Shown here: piece after piece, positions 38,455 through 47,617 of the stretch
How the letters are laid out: each line of letters starts with the position of its first letter
Numbering within the stretch: the first letter of the stretch is position 1
Assembly: GCA_965649225.1 (NCBI GenBank)
Contig: CBFGJX010000009.1
Span: 1-64,000, forward strand
Origin: a candidate division WOR-3 bacterium
GTDB taxonomy: Bacteria; Hydrothermota; Tepidihabitantia; Tepidihabitantales; Tepidihabitantaceae
Reading direction: 5' to 3'
DNA length: 64,000 nucleotides
Made by a program: the position numbers and the translations under genes
The notes under the pieces: model-generated
The model's input: only the letters and a program-made list of their open reading frames with translations
Database searches by the model: none
Told to the model about the DNA's origin: nothing

Positions 38455-40950
38455 TCAGCCACCGCCGGCGGTATTGAAACCGAGACCGGCAAGCAAATTG
38501 ACTATTTCGGCAACGTCATGGTGGTCATGCCCCAGAACCTTTTCCTTTATCGCCAACGCCTGCCGCAATAGCACAACTGCCTCTGACGCCTGATTTTGAG
38601 CTATTCGCAACCTGCCCATGCCAAGCAGTGCCCGCGCCAGATAAGGATGGTCTGGTCCCAGCGATTGTCGCCAGATCGTCAATGCCCGCTGGTACAACTG
38701 TTCGGCTTCGCTGTGCCGGCCGAGTTCAGTGCAGACCGTTGCCAGGCAAACGCAGGCCGACGCGACATCCGGATGATCGGGGCCGCAGGCAGCCTCTTCT
38801 ATGGCCAGCGCCCGGCGGCAAAGCGGCTCAGCCTGGTCGCTTTGGCCGCGCGCAACACTCAGCAGGGCCATGCTGTCCAGTGCCTCGGCCACGGCCGGGT
38901 GGTCCGGTCCCAGCGCGACCTCTCTGATGCGGAGGGCGCGCTGCAGCAACGGTTCAGCTTGCGCCAGATTACCCTTGGCGCGGTACAGCGACGCTAGATT
39001 CATCAGCGCGGTTGCCACTGCCGGATGATTCGGCCCCAGCGCGGCCTCGCGCGTCCGGAGCGAGCGCTCGTAGAGCGACTGTGCCTCATCATAGCGGCCC
39101 TCCCGGTAGCAGAGCGCGGCCAGGTTGTTCGCGGTACCGGCAGTATCGGGATGATCCGGCCCAAACACAGCGGTCCGGATTTCCAGCGCACGCCGGAAAA
39201 GCGGTTCAGCCTCTCGATAACGACCCTGTTCATAGTACAGTGCCGCGATGTTGTTCAATGACTGCGCCACCTCCGGGTGCACCGGCCCCAGCACCCGCTC
39301 TCTCACGGTGAGCGATTCAGCATACAGCGCCGCGGCCTCCTCGTAGCGGCCGAGTTTGCGCTGCAGCAGTGCAAAATAGTTCAAGCAGTTCCCGAGCTCG
39401 ACGCTGAACGGGCCGCTGCTGGCAACCACATCCTGGCGCAACCGACCGAAAAAATGCACAAGCCACTGCCAGCGTGCAGCCTGGATGAAAGGCTCAGCAG
39501 CCACGATAAACCAGCCGACGAGGTGTGGGGGGGGAAGGACCTGCCGGCCGTAGTAGAAGGCCTCGGCAAGCATCGACTGATATCGAGAGTCGATATCCCG
39601 CGCAGTTATCCCCTTCAGGCGGCTCGAGTAGTGGTCAAACAGTACCCGGCAAATCGTCTGTCTGAGGCTGGGGTCAAGCTGATCGCGCAGGCTGGCACGC
39701 ATCAGCCGGTGCATCTTCCACGTCCCTTCGCCCGTGCCTTGCTCAATGAAAGAAAACCGGCACAGCGTATCATAAGCGGTCAAGGGGTAGCCAGTCCCAA
39801 AACGATTGACCAGCAACTCGAACAACTCCCTGTCCCAGCACCGCGTCACCGAAAGCACCTTCAGCGTCTCCACCTCCGACTGATTCAGATGACGTAGAAA
39901 CCGCACCAGCACGTCGGTCGGCGCTCGGGCAAAATCGGCTGGTGCCGGCTGCTTGCCGGAACGAGTAATCTCGCGGTAGGTGTCAATTGCGAGGTCAAGG
40001 TAATAAGGCAGACCGTTGCTGCTCCTGATGATTACATCACGGATTTTCGCATCGAGAATCCCGCTTGACTCAAGAAACCGCTGGGCATCAACCGCGGCCA
40101 GTCCCCCGACCAGAAACTGACTCAGGCATTCATTCCAGCCCCGGTCCAGCTCGGCCCAGCGCAGCATCTCCCGGCCGCACACGACCCACAGCACCTCGGG
40201 TAGTTGTGCCACCAGCTCCCTGACCCAGGCGTCCCGAAAATGCGTCTTGCCTGCCGAACGCTCGGTCTCGGTCAACGCCTCGTAGGTATCAAGAAAAATC
40301 ACCGCCCGCCGGTCCCGCCCGACAAGGTGGTCACGAAGGTCTGCCGCCCAAAACATCGGCAACCGCTCCGCCACTTGCGCTGCCTCCATGTGCGGCAACC
40401 CCTGCAGCTCCATCGAGCCCCGTCGTGTCCACCATTCCTGCATCAGCCTGCTGCCGCGGGCGATGAGCATCGGCAGTTTGGGTAACGCCCCAAGGAGGGG
40501 TACGTTACCAACCACCGACAGCAGTTCCCCAACCATGTCGCTTTCCTCCAGCAGCGGGAAAGTCTCCCTGGCCAAAGACAGCTGCGGCCGGGTTTTCTGC
40601 CAGTAGACAGCGTAAGCGATATCGAACGTTGGAAAGCTCACCCGGAAACGGCTGTGCAGAACCCTGCGCAATACAAATAGCGCGTTTTCTTGATCGCAAT
40701 GCGCGGGTACGTCAAAATCCACCGCCCCCCAGACAACATTCGTCCGCTCCGTAAGCAGCTCGGCCAGATGACGACGCAGGGCCGTTTTGCCGATACCGCC
40801 AACGCCGTAGAACACCAGCACCACCGGCTGCCCGCGCTGCGGCGCAGCCATTGCTTTCTCAAACGCGGCGATAAACTCTTCGCGGTCCGTGAACTGACGT
40901 TCGTCCGTACCCGCGGTGCCGCCCGGCGCAAACCTTGGTCTTATCGGCAT
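38455..40950 (-). CDS. P-loop NTPase (STAND-like) + kinesin-light-chain-type TPR repeats
   Basis: Walker A GVGGIGKT, Walker B VIFLDTYE, GLPYYL; about 7 42-aa 'GPDHPxVAxxLNNLAxLY' repeats. Confidence 0.88.
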   Translation of the reverse strand: MPIRPRFAPGGTAGTDERQFTDREEFIAAFEKAMAAPQRGQPVVLVFYGVGGIGKTALRRHLAELLTERTNVVWGAVDFDVPAHCDQENALFVLRRVLHSRFRVSFPTFDIAYAVYWQKTRPQLSLARETFPLLEESDMVGELLSVVGNVPLLGALPKLPMLIARGSRLMQEWWTRRGSMELQGLPHMEAAQVAERLPMFWAADLRDHLVGRDRRAVIFLDTYEALTETERSAGKTHFRDAWVRELVAQLPEVLWVVCGREMLRWAELDRGWNECLSQFLVGGLAAVDAQRFLESSGILDAKIRDVIIRSSNGLPYYLDLAIDTYREITRSGKQPAPADFARAPTDVLVRFLRHLNQSEVETLKVLSVTRCWDRELFELLVNRFGTGYPLTAYDTLCRFSFIEQGTGEGTWKMHRLMRASLRDQLDPSLRQTICRVLFDHYSSRLKGITARDIDSRYQSMLAEAFYYGRQVLPPPHLVGWFIVAAEPFIQAARWQWLVHFFGRLRQDVVASSGPFSVELGNCLNYFALLQRKLGRYEEAAALYAESLTVRERVLGPVHPEVAQSLNNIAALYYEQGRYREAEPLFRRALEIRTAVFGPDHPDTAGTANNLAALCYREGRYDEAQSLYERSLRTREAALGPNHPAVATALMNLASLYRAKGNLAQAEPLLQRALRIREVALGPDHPAVAEALDSMALLSVARGQSDQAEPLCRRALAIEEAACGPDHPDVASACVCLATVCTELGRHSEAEQLYQRALTIWRQSLGPDHPYLARALLGMGRLRIAQNQASEAVVLLRQALAIKEKVLGHDHHDVAEIVNLLAGLGFNTAGGG

Positions 40951-41099
40951 TGTGGCTTCCTAGGTATTCCCCAACGTCCCGAATCTACCACCCCCGGTCG
41001 TCGCTGTCAAAGCTGGCCCGCCTCGACCGCGGCCGCCGAGTGCATCCCAACCCGGCATTTCCGGCACACGGCCAGCCACATCAATACATTGTCCTGCCA

Positions 41100-41298
41100 G
41101 CCGCAACCCGCCCCCTTCTCCGCCAAGCCACAATCGTCCGTCTAGCCACTGCCAGCCCTTCGGCCTCCAGCCCAGCCCCGGCCCGAACGACGTAACCTCG
41201 TTGTCGCCGGGCGTCTACTTCATACGGCAGGTGTCCGGCGTATCCCGTGACGCTGCGGCCACAAGCCGAATCATCATCGCTAGGCAGGACCGGCAATA
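41100..41298 (+). pseudogene. Orphan T9SS-CTD remnant, containing direct repeat copy 2 (41177-41280)
   Basis: Encodes PGPNDVTSLSPGVYFIRQVSGVSRDAAATSRIIIAR, preceded out of frame by 'ATIVR'; no upstream gene body. Confidence 0.85.
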
Positions 41299-41539
41299 AG
41301 ATTGCGGCGGCGGGCTCCCTCCCCGCCGTCCTCTACTTTTGAAACTGAGTTCACTGGAACAAACGTGGGGCCGAACTGACTGGTCTCACCTGGGTGTTAC
41401 CACCCCGACGGAGACTCTAGAGCAACGGAGCAAACCGTCTATGGTTAGTAGCAGCCTCGGGAACGAGGCCAGTCATGCTACTGGTGGCCCGGGTGCATTG
41501 TGCAGGCAGCTGTGAAGGGAAAACCGGGAATCTCAATCC

Positions 41540-42435
41540 CTAGCTGGGTCGCCGTGCTTTAGCGAGTGCCGATGAAAATCCTCGCCCGTACAGCTCGCTG
41601 ACATCGCTCAAGGTTTTTGCGTCACGGAAACACATGGGAAGCAGACCAACGAATATGCCCTTGGCGCCGCCAAGTCTCCATAACTGAAGCCCACCGTCTG
41701 AAGACTGATGCGTGTCGCGCAATGCGGGATGCGTTAGTAAGAGAATGGTCCTCTCTCGACGATACGTAACACCGTAGCTCAGAATCTGGTGCACATCGTG
41801 CCGATACTCTTCGTACCACTCCTTTGACCGGACGGCTGCTGGTGGTCCGCTCAGTTCGTCGTAGTGACGTTTATATTTCGCGTCAATGACGATGGCGGTG
41901 TGTTCGGATAGCAGCACTACGTCGGGCTTAAGCGATTGAAGCATTACCCTATCCCTCTCCCCGATGGGCAAGATTGGCACGCGAGACGAATCATCCCGAC
42001 CTCTCAGGACAGTGAAGCCATTCAACGCAGCCCACTCCGAAGCAACGTGAACAACAAGAATCTCGAAAAGTGTCTTCGCGTCCACCGCGAAGGCACAACG
42101 AACCGCGTCGTTTTGGGAAAGCACTCCGCTCAACGCGGCCAAGTTCGCCACCTCTGCGTAGACCCCACCGTAGCCGGTCCAAGAGCCAGTTCTCGGCAGT
42201 CGGCCCAGAACATCCTTGGTAGGCCTAAGGGAACCGAATCTGGCCAGCAGCTGGTGGAGCATTTGGAGGTCTTGTCTAAGTTCAGATGGAACGGATGACC
42301 AGTCCCTGATGGAGTCCACAACTGCGACAAGCGCCCATTTCATCACTTGATGCGGTGCTGCATCCAGCGTGACGGCCGGTTCACGCAACTTGTATTCCAA
42401 ACGTCCGTATGGTGCCCGCCGAACCGCATAGTCAG
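41540..42435 (-). pseudogene. mcrC: McrC-like PD-(D/E)xK nuclease subunit, 5'-truncated by IS3
   Basis: LFE, LKPDVVL...VIDAKYK, DVHQILSY motifs; reading frame runs into the IS end at 42436; visibly lower GC. Confidence 0.75.
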
Positions 42436-42465
42436 TGATCTGTCCCCGATTCGTTGGACACGTTT

Positions 42466-43365
42466 TCACGCGGCTGCTGTCTGTTTCTCGAAGTCGTTCG
42501 GGCTCATGTAGCCCAAGCTCGAGTGCAGTCGCCGGCTATTGTAGAACAACTCGATGTAGCTGACAATCGCTGAGCGGGCTTCGGCCCGGGTCCGAAACCG
42601 CCGCCGGTAGACCAGCTCCACCTTCAGCGTCCGAAAGAAACTCTCCGCCACCGCGTTGTCGTAAGGGTCACCCTTCCGACTCATGCTCGACAATATGCCG
42701 CGTCGCCTCAGTGCCCTGCGGAACTTGCGGCAGGCATACTGCACGCCGCGGTCCGAGTGATGAATCAGGCCCGGCATTGGACAGCGCCGCCCGACCGCCA
42801 TTACCAGTGCAGCCAGCACCAGTTGCCGGTCCAGCCGGCTCGACAGCGCCCAGCCGACCACCCGGTGCGAGCAGAGGTCCAGCTCCGTCGCCAGGTACAG
42901 CCAGCCCTCATCAGTCGGGATATAGGTGATGTCTGCTGCCCACACCCGGTCCAGCTCTCCCACCTTGAAGTTCCGCTCCAACAGGTTGGGTGAGAGCGCA
43001 AACTCGTGAGATGAGTCGGTCGTCGGCCGGTACTTGCGATGCTGCACCGCCACAATGCCGTGCCGCTGCATCATCCGCGCTATCCGGTTGAGTCCCCAGC
43101 ACATACGGCGCCGACGCAACTCGGCATGGATGCGTCGGCTGCCGTAGGTTCTGTCGCTCTTCTCGTACTCCTCCCGGATCAGAACCAAGAGGTAGCGGTT
43201 GCGTCGCTCGCGCCGGCTCTCCGGTCGGTTGATGGCGGCATAGTAGCTGCTGCGGGGAAGCTCGGCTATCTCGCACTTCCGTCTGACCGGCAACCGGCTC
43301 GGGTGCTCACTCACCAGCCGGGCCTTCAATGCGCTTCCCGCGCCAGCCAGACGGCGGCTTTTTTT
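42466..43365 (-). CDS. IS3 transposase OrfB (DDE), reached by -1 frameshift
   Basis: WAADITY, HHSDRGVQY, DNAVAESFF; A7G slippery site at 43365-43358. Confidence 0.92.
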   Translation of the reverse strand, partial: KKSRRLAGAGSALKARLVSEHPSRLPVRRKCEIAELPRSSYYAAINRPESRRERRNRYLLVLIREEYEKSDRTYGSRRIHAELRRRRMCWGLNRIARMMQRHGIVAVQHRKYRPTTDSSHEFALSPNLLERNFKVGELDRVWAADITYIPTDEGWLYLATELDLCSHRVVGWALSSRLDRQLVLAALVMAVGRRCPMPGLIHHSDRGVQYACRKFRRALRRRGILSSMSRKGDPYDNAVAESFFRTLKVELVYRRRFRTRAEARSAIVSYIELFYNSRRLHSSLGYMSPNDFEKQTAAA

Positions 43366-43628
43366 AAGAAATCCCGCTCCTCCCGCAAAACGGCGTTGTC
43401 CCGCCGCAACCGACGGTTCTCCTCGGCAAGGTTCAGCGCTTCCTTGCCCGCATTCGCCGGCGCGCCCCACTGCCGAAACTGCCGCCGCCAGTTGTGCAGG
43501 GTGTTTTCGTTTATGTCCAGATCTCGGGCCGCCTGGGCTACCGACAGACCGCCTTCGGTCGTCAGCCGGACCGCTTCGATCTTGTACTCACGCGTATAGA
43601 CCTTGCGTGGCTGCTTCTCCGTACTCAA
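43326..43628 (-). CDS. IS3 transposase OrfA (HTH)
   Basis: YTREYKIEAVRL...VAQAARDLDI...LHNW, coiled coil, LKKAA. Confidence 0.92.
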   Translation of the reverse strand: MSTEKQPRKVYTREYKIEAVRLTTEGGLSVAQAARDLDINENTLHNWRRQFRQWGAPANAGKEALNLAEENRRLRRDNAVLREERDFLKKAAVWLAREAH

Positions 43629-43759
43629 AAAACACCTCCGATTCGATGCTAAACCAACCAGTCAGTTTGTCCATCGAATCGGGGGCACCCCAGCGGGCGC
43701 AACAGACCTGGGCCCGGGATGCGCTGGATTGACGCCCGCCCACCCGCTACAATCAACGC

Positions 43760-45169
43760 TTGAGCGAACCGCAGACGCAGGGTAACGGCCGCTTCGGCCG
43801 GTCGGCGCGAATGGGTGAACGGCCCGTCGGCAGTCTGCTGGTGTCGTTTTCCCTGCCCGCACTCGTCGGCATGGGTGTTCAGGCCACCTACAACATCGTC
43901 GACACCGCCTTTGTCGGCCGGCTCGGCCACACGGCCATCGCCGCACTGACGCTGGTCTGGCCGCTGCAGCTGGTAATGCTGGCTCTGTCGGTCGGAGTCG
44001 GCGTCGGCGCCAACTCGGTCATCTCCCGCCGTCTGGGCGCAAAAGACCAATGCACTGCAAACCGGGCTGGTGCCCAGGCCATTCTACTCGCGCTGCTGTC
44101 GGCCTCGGTGGTGATGACAGTGCTGCTGACGTGGACCGACCCGATTCTGCGCACTGTCGGTGCCCGGCCCGACACTCTGCCCCTTGCCCGCGTCTACCTG
44201 CGCACCATCGCCTGGTTCGCGCCGCTGGTCTTCTTTCCGATGGTAGCCAACAACCTCATCCGCGCCGAGGGCAATCCGGTCCAGTCGATGGTCGTGATGA
44301 TAATATCGGCGCTGGTGAACATCGCGCTCGACCCGCTGTTCATCTTCGGGTTCGGCCCGGTGCCGGCGCTGGGTGTGCAGGGCGCGGCCATCGCCACCGT
44401 CATCGCCAGCGGTGTTTCATTTGTCCTCTACGCCATCTATTTTGCCAGTCCCAGAAGCGGCTACCACTTCCGCCCGCCGGACTTTCTGCCCCGACCCCGG
44501 CTCTGGACTCGCATCTGGGCAGTCGGTGCGCCCTCGATGGCAATCCAGCTCTCCGGCAGCATCGTCACCACCGTTGCCAACGGCATCGTCGCCGGGTTCG
44601 GCTCGATGCCCCTCGCGGCCTACGGCGTGGCGTTCCGCCTGTTCTCTTTCGCCTTCATGCCCTGCCTCGGCATCAGTCAGGGCGTCCTGCCCCTTGCCGG
44701 GTACAACTTCGGCGCGGGCCGGCTCGACCGAGTGCGCGAGACCGTGCTCAAGGGCGCGCTCGCCGCCGTCGCCATCACCGCCGGATTCAGCCTGCTCTTC
44801 ATCGCCCTGCCCGGCGTCTTCGTCTCGGTCTTCAACCGCGAACCCGGCTTTGTCCGGCTCGCTGCCCACGGCCTGCGCATCGCCTCGCTCGGCTTCGCTC
44901 CGGTCGGCGCCGCGATCGTGTTCGCCGCCTTCTTCCAGGCCATTGGCCGTGCCCTGCCGGCGATGCTGCTGTCGCTGGCGCGGCAGTTCATCTTCTATCT
45001 GCCGGCACTGGTCATTCTCGCCCGGCTGTTCGGGGTCGAAGGCTTCTGGTTCGCGATTCCGGTCTCGGACCTGCTTGCGACCACGGCTTCGGTTATCTGG
45101 ACCGCGGTGATGTTTCACCGGCTCGGCATCCCCCTGCTCCGACAACCTCCGGCCTTCACGCGGCCTTAG
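43760..45169 (+). CDS. MATE family efflux transporter
   Basis: YNIVDTAFVG, NIALDPLFIFG, GAAIAT, GYNFGA; about 12 TM. Confidence 0.93.
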   Translation: MSEPQTQGNGRFGRSARMGERPVGSLLVSFSLPALVGMGVQATYNIVDTAFVGRLGHTAIAALTLVWPLQLVMLALSVGVGVGANSVISRRLGAKDQCTANRAGAQAILLALLSASVVMTVLLTWTDPILRTVGARPDTLPLARVYLRTIAWFAPLVFFPMVANNLIRAEGNPVQSMVVMIISALVNIALDPLFIFGFGPVPALGVQGAAIATVIASGVSFVLYAIYFASPRSGYHFRPPDFLPRPRLWTRIWAVGAPSMAIQLSGSIVTTVANGIVAGFGSMPLAAYGVAFRLFSFAFMPCLGISQGVLPLAGYNFGAGRLDRVRETVLKGALAAVAITAGFSLLFIALPGVFVSVFNREPGFVRLAAHGLRIASLGFAPVGAAIVFAAFFQAIGRALPAMLLSLARQFIFYLPALVILARLFGVEGFWFAIPVSDLLATTASVIWTAVMFHRLGIPLLRQPPAFTRP

Positions 45170-45232
45170 CCCAGCGTTTGCACTGTGTTGCCATTTGCGG
45201 GTTAGCATCGCCGTCTCAACCGAGGTGAAACG

Positions 45233-45676
45233 ATGACAGCCGACAGACCAACCGTGCTCTTTTTGTGCAGTGCCAACACCTGCCGCAGCCAGATGGCCGA
45301 GGCGTTCCTGCGCCGGCACGCCGGCAATCGCTTCGAGGTCCAAAGCGCCGGCATCACCGCCGGCACTGAGGTTCATCCGCTTGCGGTGCGGGTGATGGCC
45401 GAGAAGGGCATCGACATTTCCTCTCACCGGCCCAAGGGCGTCCGCGAGTTCCTGGGGCAGAACCGGGTCGACTACGCGATTGTCGTTTGCCAGACTGCGG
45501 CCGAGGCCTGCCCGACCTTCTGGCCCGGCGCCATCCAACGGCTGGTCTGGCCGTTTCCCGACCCGGCCGCGGCCATGGGCAGTGAGGAAGAGAAACTTGC
45601 GGTGTTTCGCCGGGTGCGCGACGCCATCGAAGCCCGCATCCTCGAGTGGCTCGACACGCTCCCGCCCGAGACCTGA
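45233..45676 (+). CDS. arsC: Arsenate reductase / LMW-PTP family
   Basis: VLFLCSANTCRSQMAE, C...ACP, W.FPDP, FRRVRD. Confidence 0.88.
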   Translation: MTADRPTVLFLCSANTCRSQMAEAFLRRHAGNRFEVQSAGITAGTEVHPLAVRVMAEKGIDISSHRPKGVREFLGQNRVDYAIVVCQTAAEACPTFWPGAIQRLVWPFPDPAAAMGSEEEKLAVFRRVRDAIEARILEWLDTLPPET

Positions 45677-45685
45677 CGCCGCCGG

Positions 45686-46786
45686 CTAGCGCTGGCGCAG
45701 CAGCAGGATAAAGGCCAGCGGCACCACAAAGAAAGCCGTCACCACGTATACCAGTGCCAGTATCCGGTGCCGGCCGCAGTAGCCGCTCCAGCGCCGGGCC
45801 AGCGCCAGCGGCACTCGCCGCAGCGGTAGCCAGAACGCGACGCCGAGAACGTTGAACAGCAGGTGGGCAAACGCAATCTGGACCGCGGCCGACGACCCGG
45901 CGGCGAGCGCGGCCAGCCAAGCGGTAACAGTGGTGCCGACATTCGCGCCCAGCGCATAGGGATAGAACCGCTCCAGCGCCAGCAGGCCCGCGCCGACCAG
46001 CGGCACTGCGATAGCGGTTGCCGCCGAGCTTGACTGCATCAGCGCGGTGAGAACGAGCCCGAGCAGCAACGCCCGGCCGGTCCGGGCCAGCAGCCGCTGG
46101 TCGATGGCGTGCTGGGCCCGGGTGCCGACCAGCGCCTTCATCATCTGCAGCATCACGCGCATCGACAGCAGCAGCAACAGCAGCGCCGCGCCCAGCACCA
46201 GCGGTGCGCTTCCCCGGGTCAGCCCGACTATCGCGTCGCGCAGCGGGCCGGTGACGACCTTCAGAGGGCTCTGAAACGTCAGCCCGCCCTGACCCTGGAA
46301 AGCCTGCTCCAGCAGCGCGGCCAGCCGGGCCAGCGGCGAGAAAGCGACCTCGAGCGGCCATATCACCGCCGCGGTCAGGATGTTGAAGAAGTCCAGCACG
46401 TTGGAGGCCGCGAACGCGCGCTCGAACTCGCCGCGGCGTCCGACGTGCGACAGCGACACCAGCGAGTTGGTGACGGTCGTGCCGATGTTCGCGCCGATGA
46501 CCATCGGAATCGCCTGCCGCACGCCAAGCGTGCCCAGCGCCACCAGCCCGATGACTATCGAGGTTGTCGAGGACGAACTCTGCAGGACGGCCGTGGCCAG
46601 TATGCCGACAAACAGGCCCGAAACCGGGCTGGCGGTCAGCGCAAACAGGCTCTGCGCGAATCCCGCGCCCAGGCCCGAGAAACCGCGGCTGAGCAGCTCG
46701 ATGGATACAAGGAAGCAGTACAGCGCGCCGGCGAACACCGCGCCGCGCATCGCGCCGGCAATCGGCTGCAAGGCTCGCCGCTTCAT
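45686..46786 (-). CDS. Na+/phosphate symporter (NptA/SLC34 family)
   Basis: Two QSSS and GAN(I/V)GTT repeats; ATG 46786. Confidence 0.92.
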   Translation of the reverse strand: MKRRALQPIAGAMRGAVFAGALYCFLVSIELLSRGFSGLGAGFAQSLFALTASPVSGLFVGILATAVLQSSSSTTSIVIGLVALGTLGVRQAIPMVIGANIGTTVTNSLVSLSHVGRRGEFERAFAASNVLDFFNILTAAVIWPLEVAFSPLARLAALLEQAFQGQGGLTFQSPLKVVTGPLRDAIVGLTRGSAPLVLGAALLLLLLSMRVMLQMMKALVGTRAQHAIDQRLLARTGRALLLGLVLTALMQSSSAATAIAVPLVGAGLLALERFYPYALGANVGTTVTAWLAALAAGSSAAVQIAFAHLLFNVLGVAFWLPLRRVPLALARRWSGYCGRHRILALVYVVTAFFVVPLAFILLLRQR

Positions 46787-46900
46787 CGACCGGACGAGTC
46801 TAGGAAACTGCCGCCGGCCGGTCAACGGCCGGATTGCGGCCGGCCCGAAACTGCCCCCGCGCCTGATGGACACGGCCCGTCTGCCGAGTAGCATTTCCCG

Positions 46901-47329
<429 letters not shown>

Positions 47330-47617
47330 AACTCCTGTTACGACTACGGCGACCGCTGACTGCCCGAGAATCTGCGGCCTGTCTGGCGCAGCTTTGAGCA
47401 CTGACACCGCTTCGACCACCACCGCCCCTACCACCGTCCGGTAGCCAACCCCATTGTTCGGCAACCGGGCAGCTTCCCCTCCCGGCTGCCAGCCGACAAC
47501 AACCGGCCAGTCAACCAGTTAACCAACAACACCAGGCGAAACCCCGGCTGTTTTGGCTGACAGCGAATTAACAGCGGCATAATTGAGCATTGGCCGAGTC
47601 CGGGCTAGAATTCCCTT

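Larger units (their letters stand above)
42436..43692 (-). mobile_element. IS3-family insertion sequence (1257 bp)
   Basis: Terminal IRs TGATCTGTCCCCGATTCGTTGGACA and TGGGGTGCCCCCGATTCGATGGACA (20/25), 5'-TG..CA-3' ends, orfA/orfB; no flanking target duplication. Confidence 0.95.

Noticed and set aside
31711..41100. Integron cassette array
   Set aside because: Genes overlap or switch strand; no repeated attC-like sites and no integrase found.
31600..41280. Diversity-generating retroelement TR/VR pair
   Set aside because: The four mismatches (G/C, A/C, C/T, C/A) are not adenine-specific and no reverse transcriptase is present. The same applies to the 57864/59335 pair.
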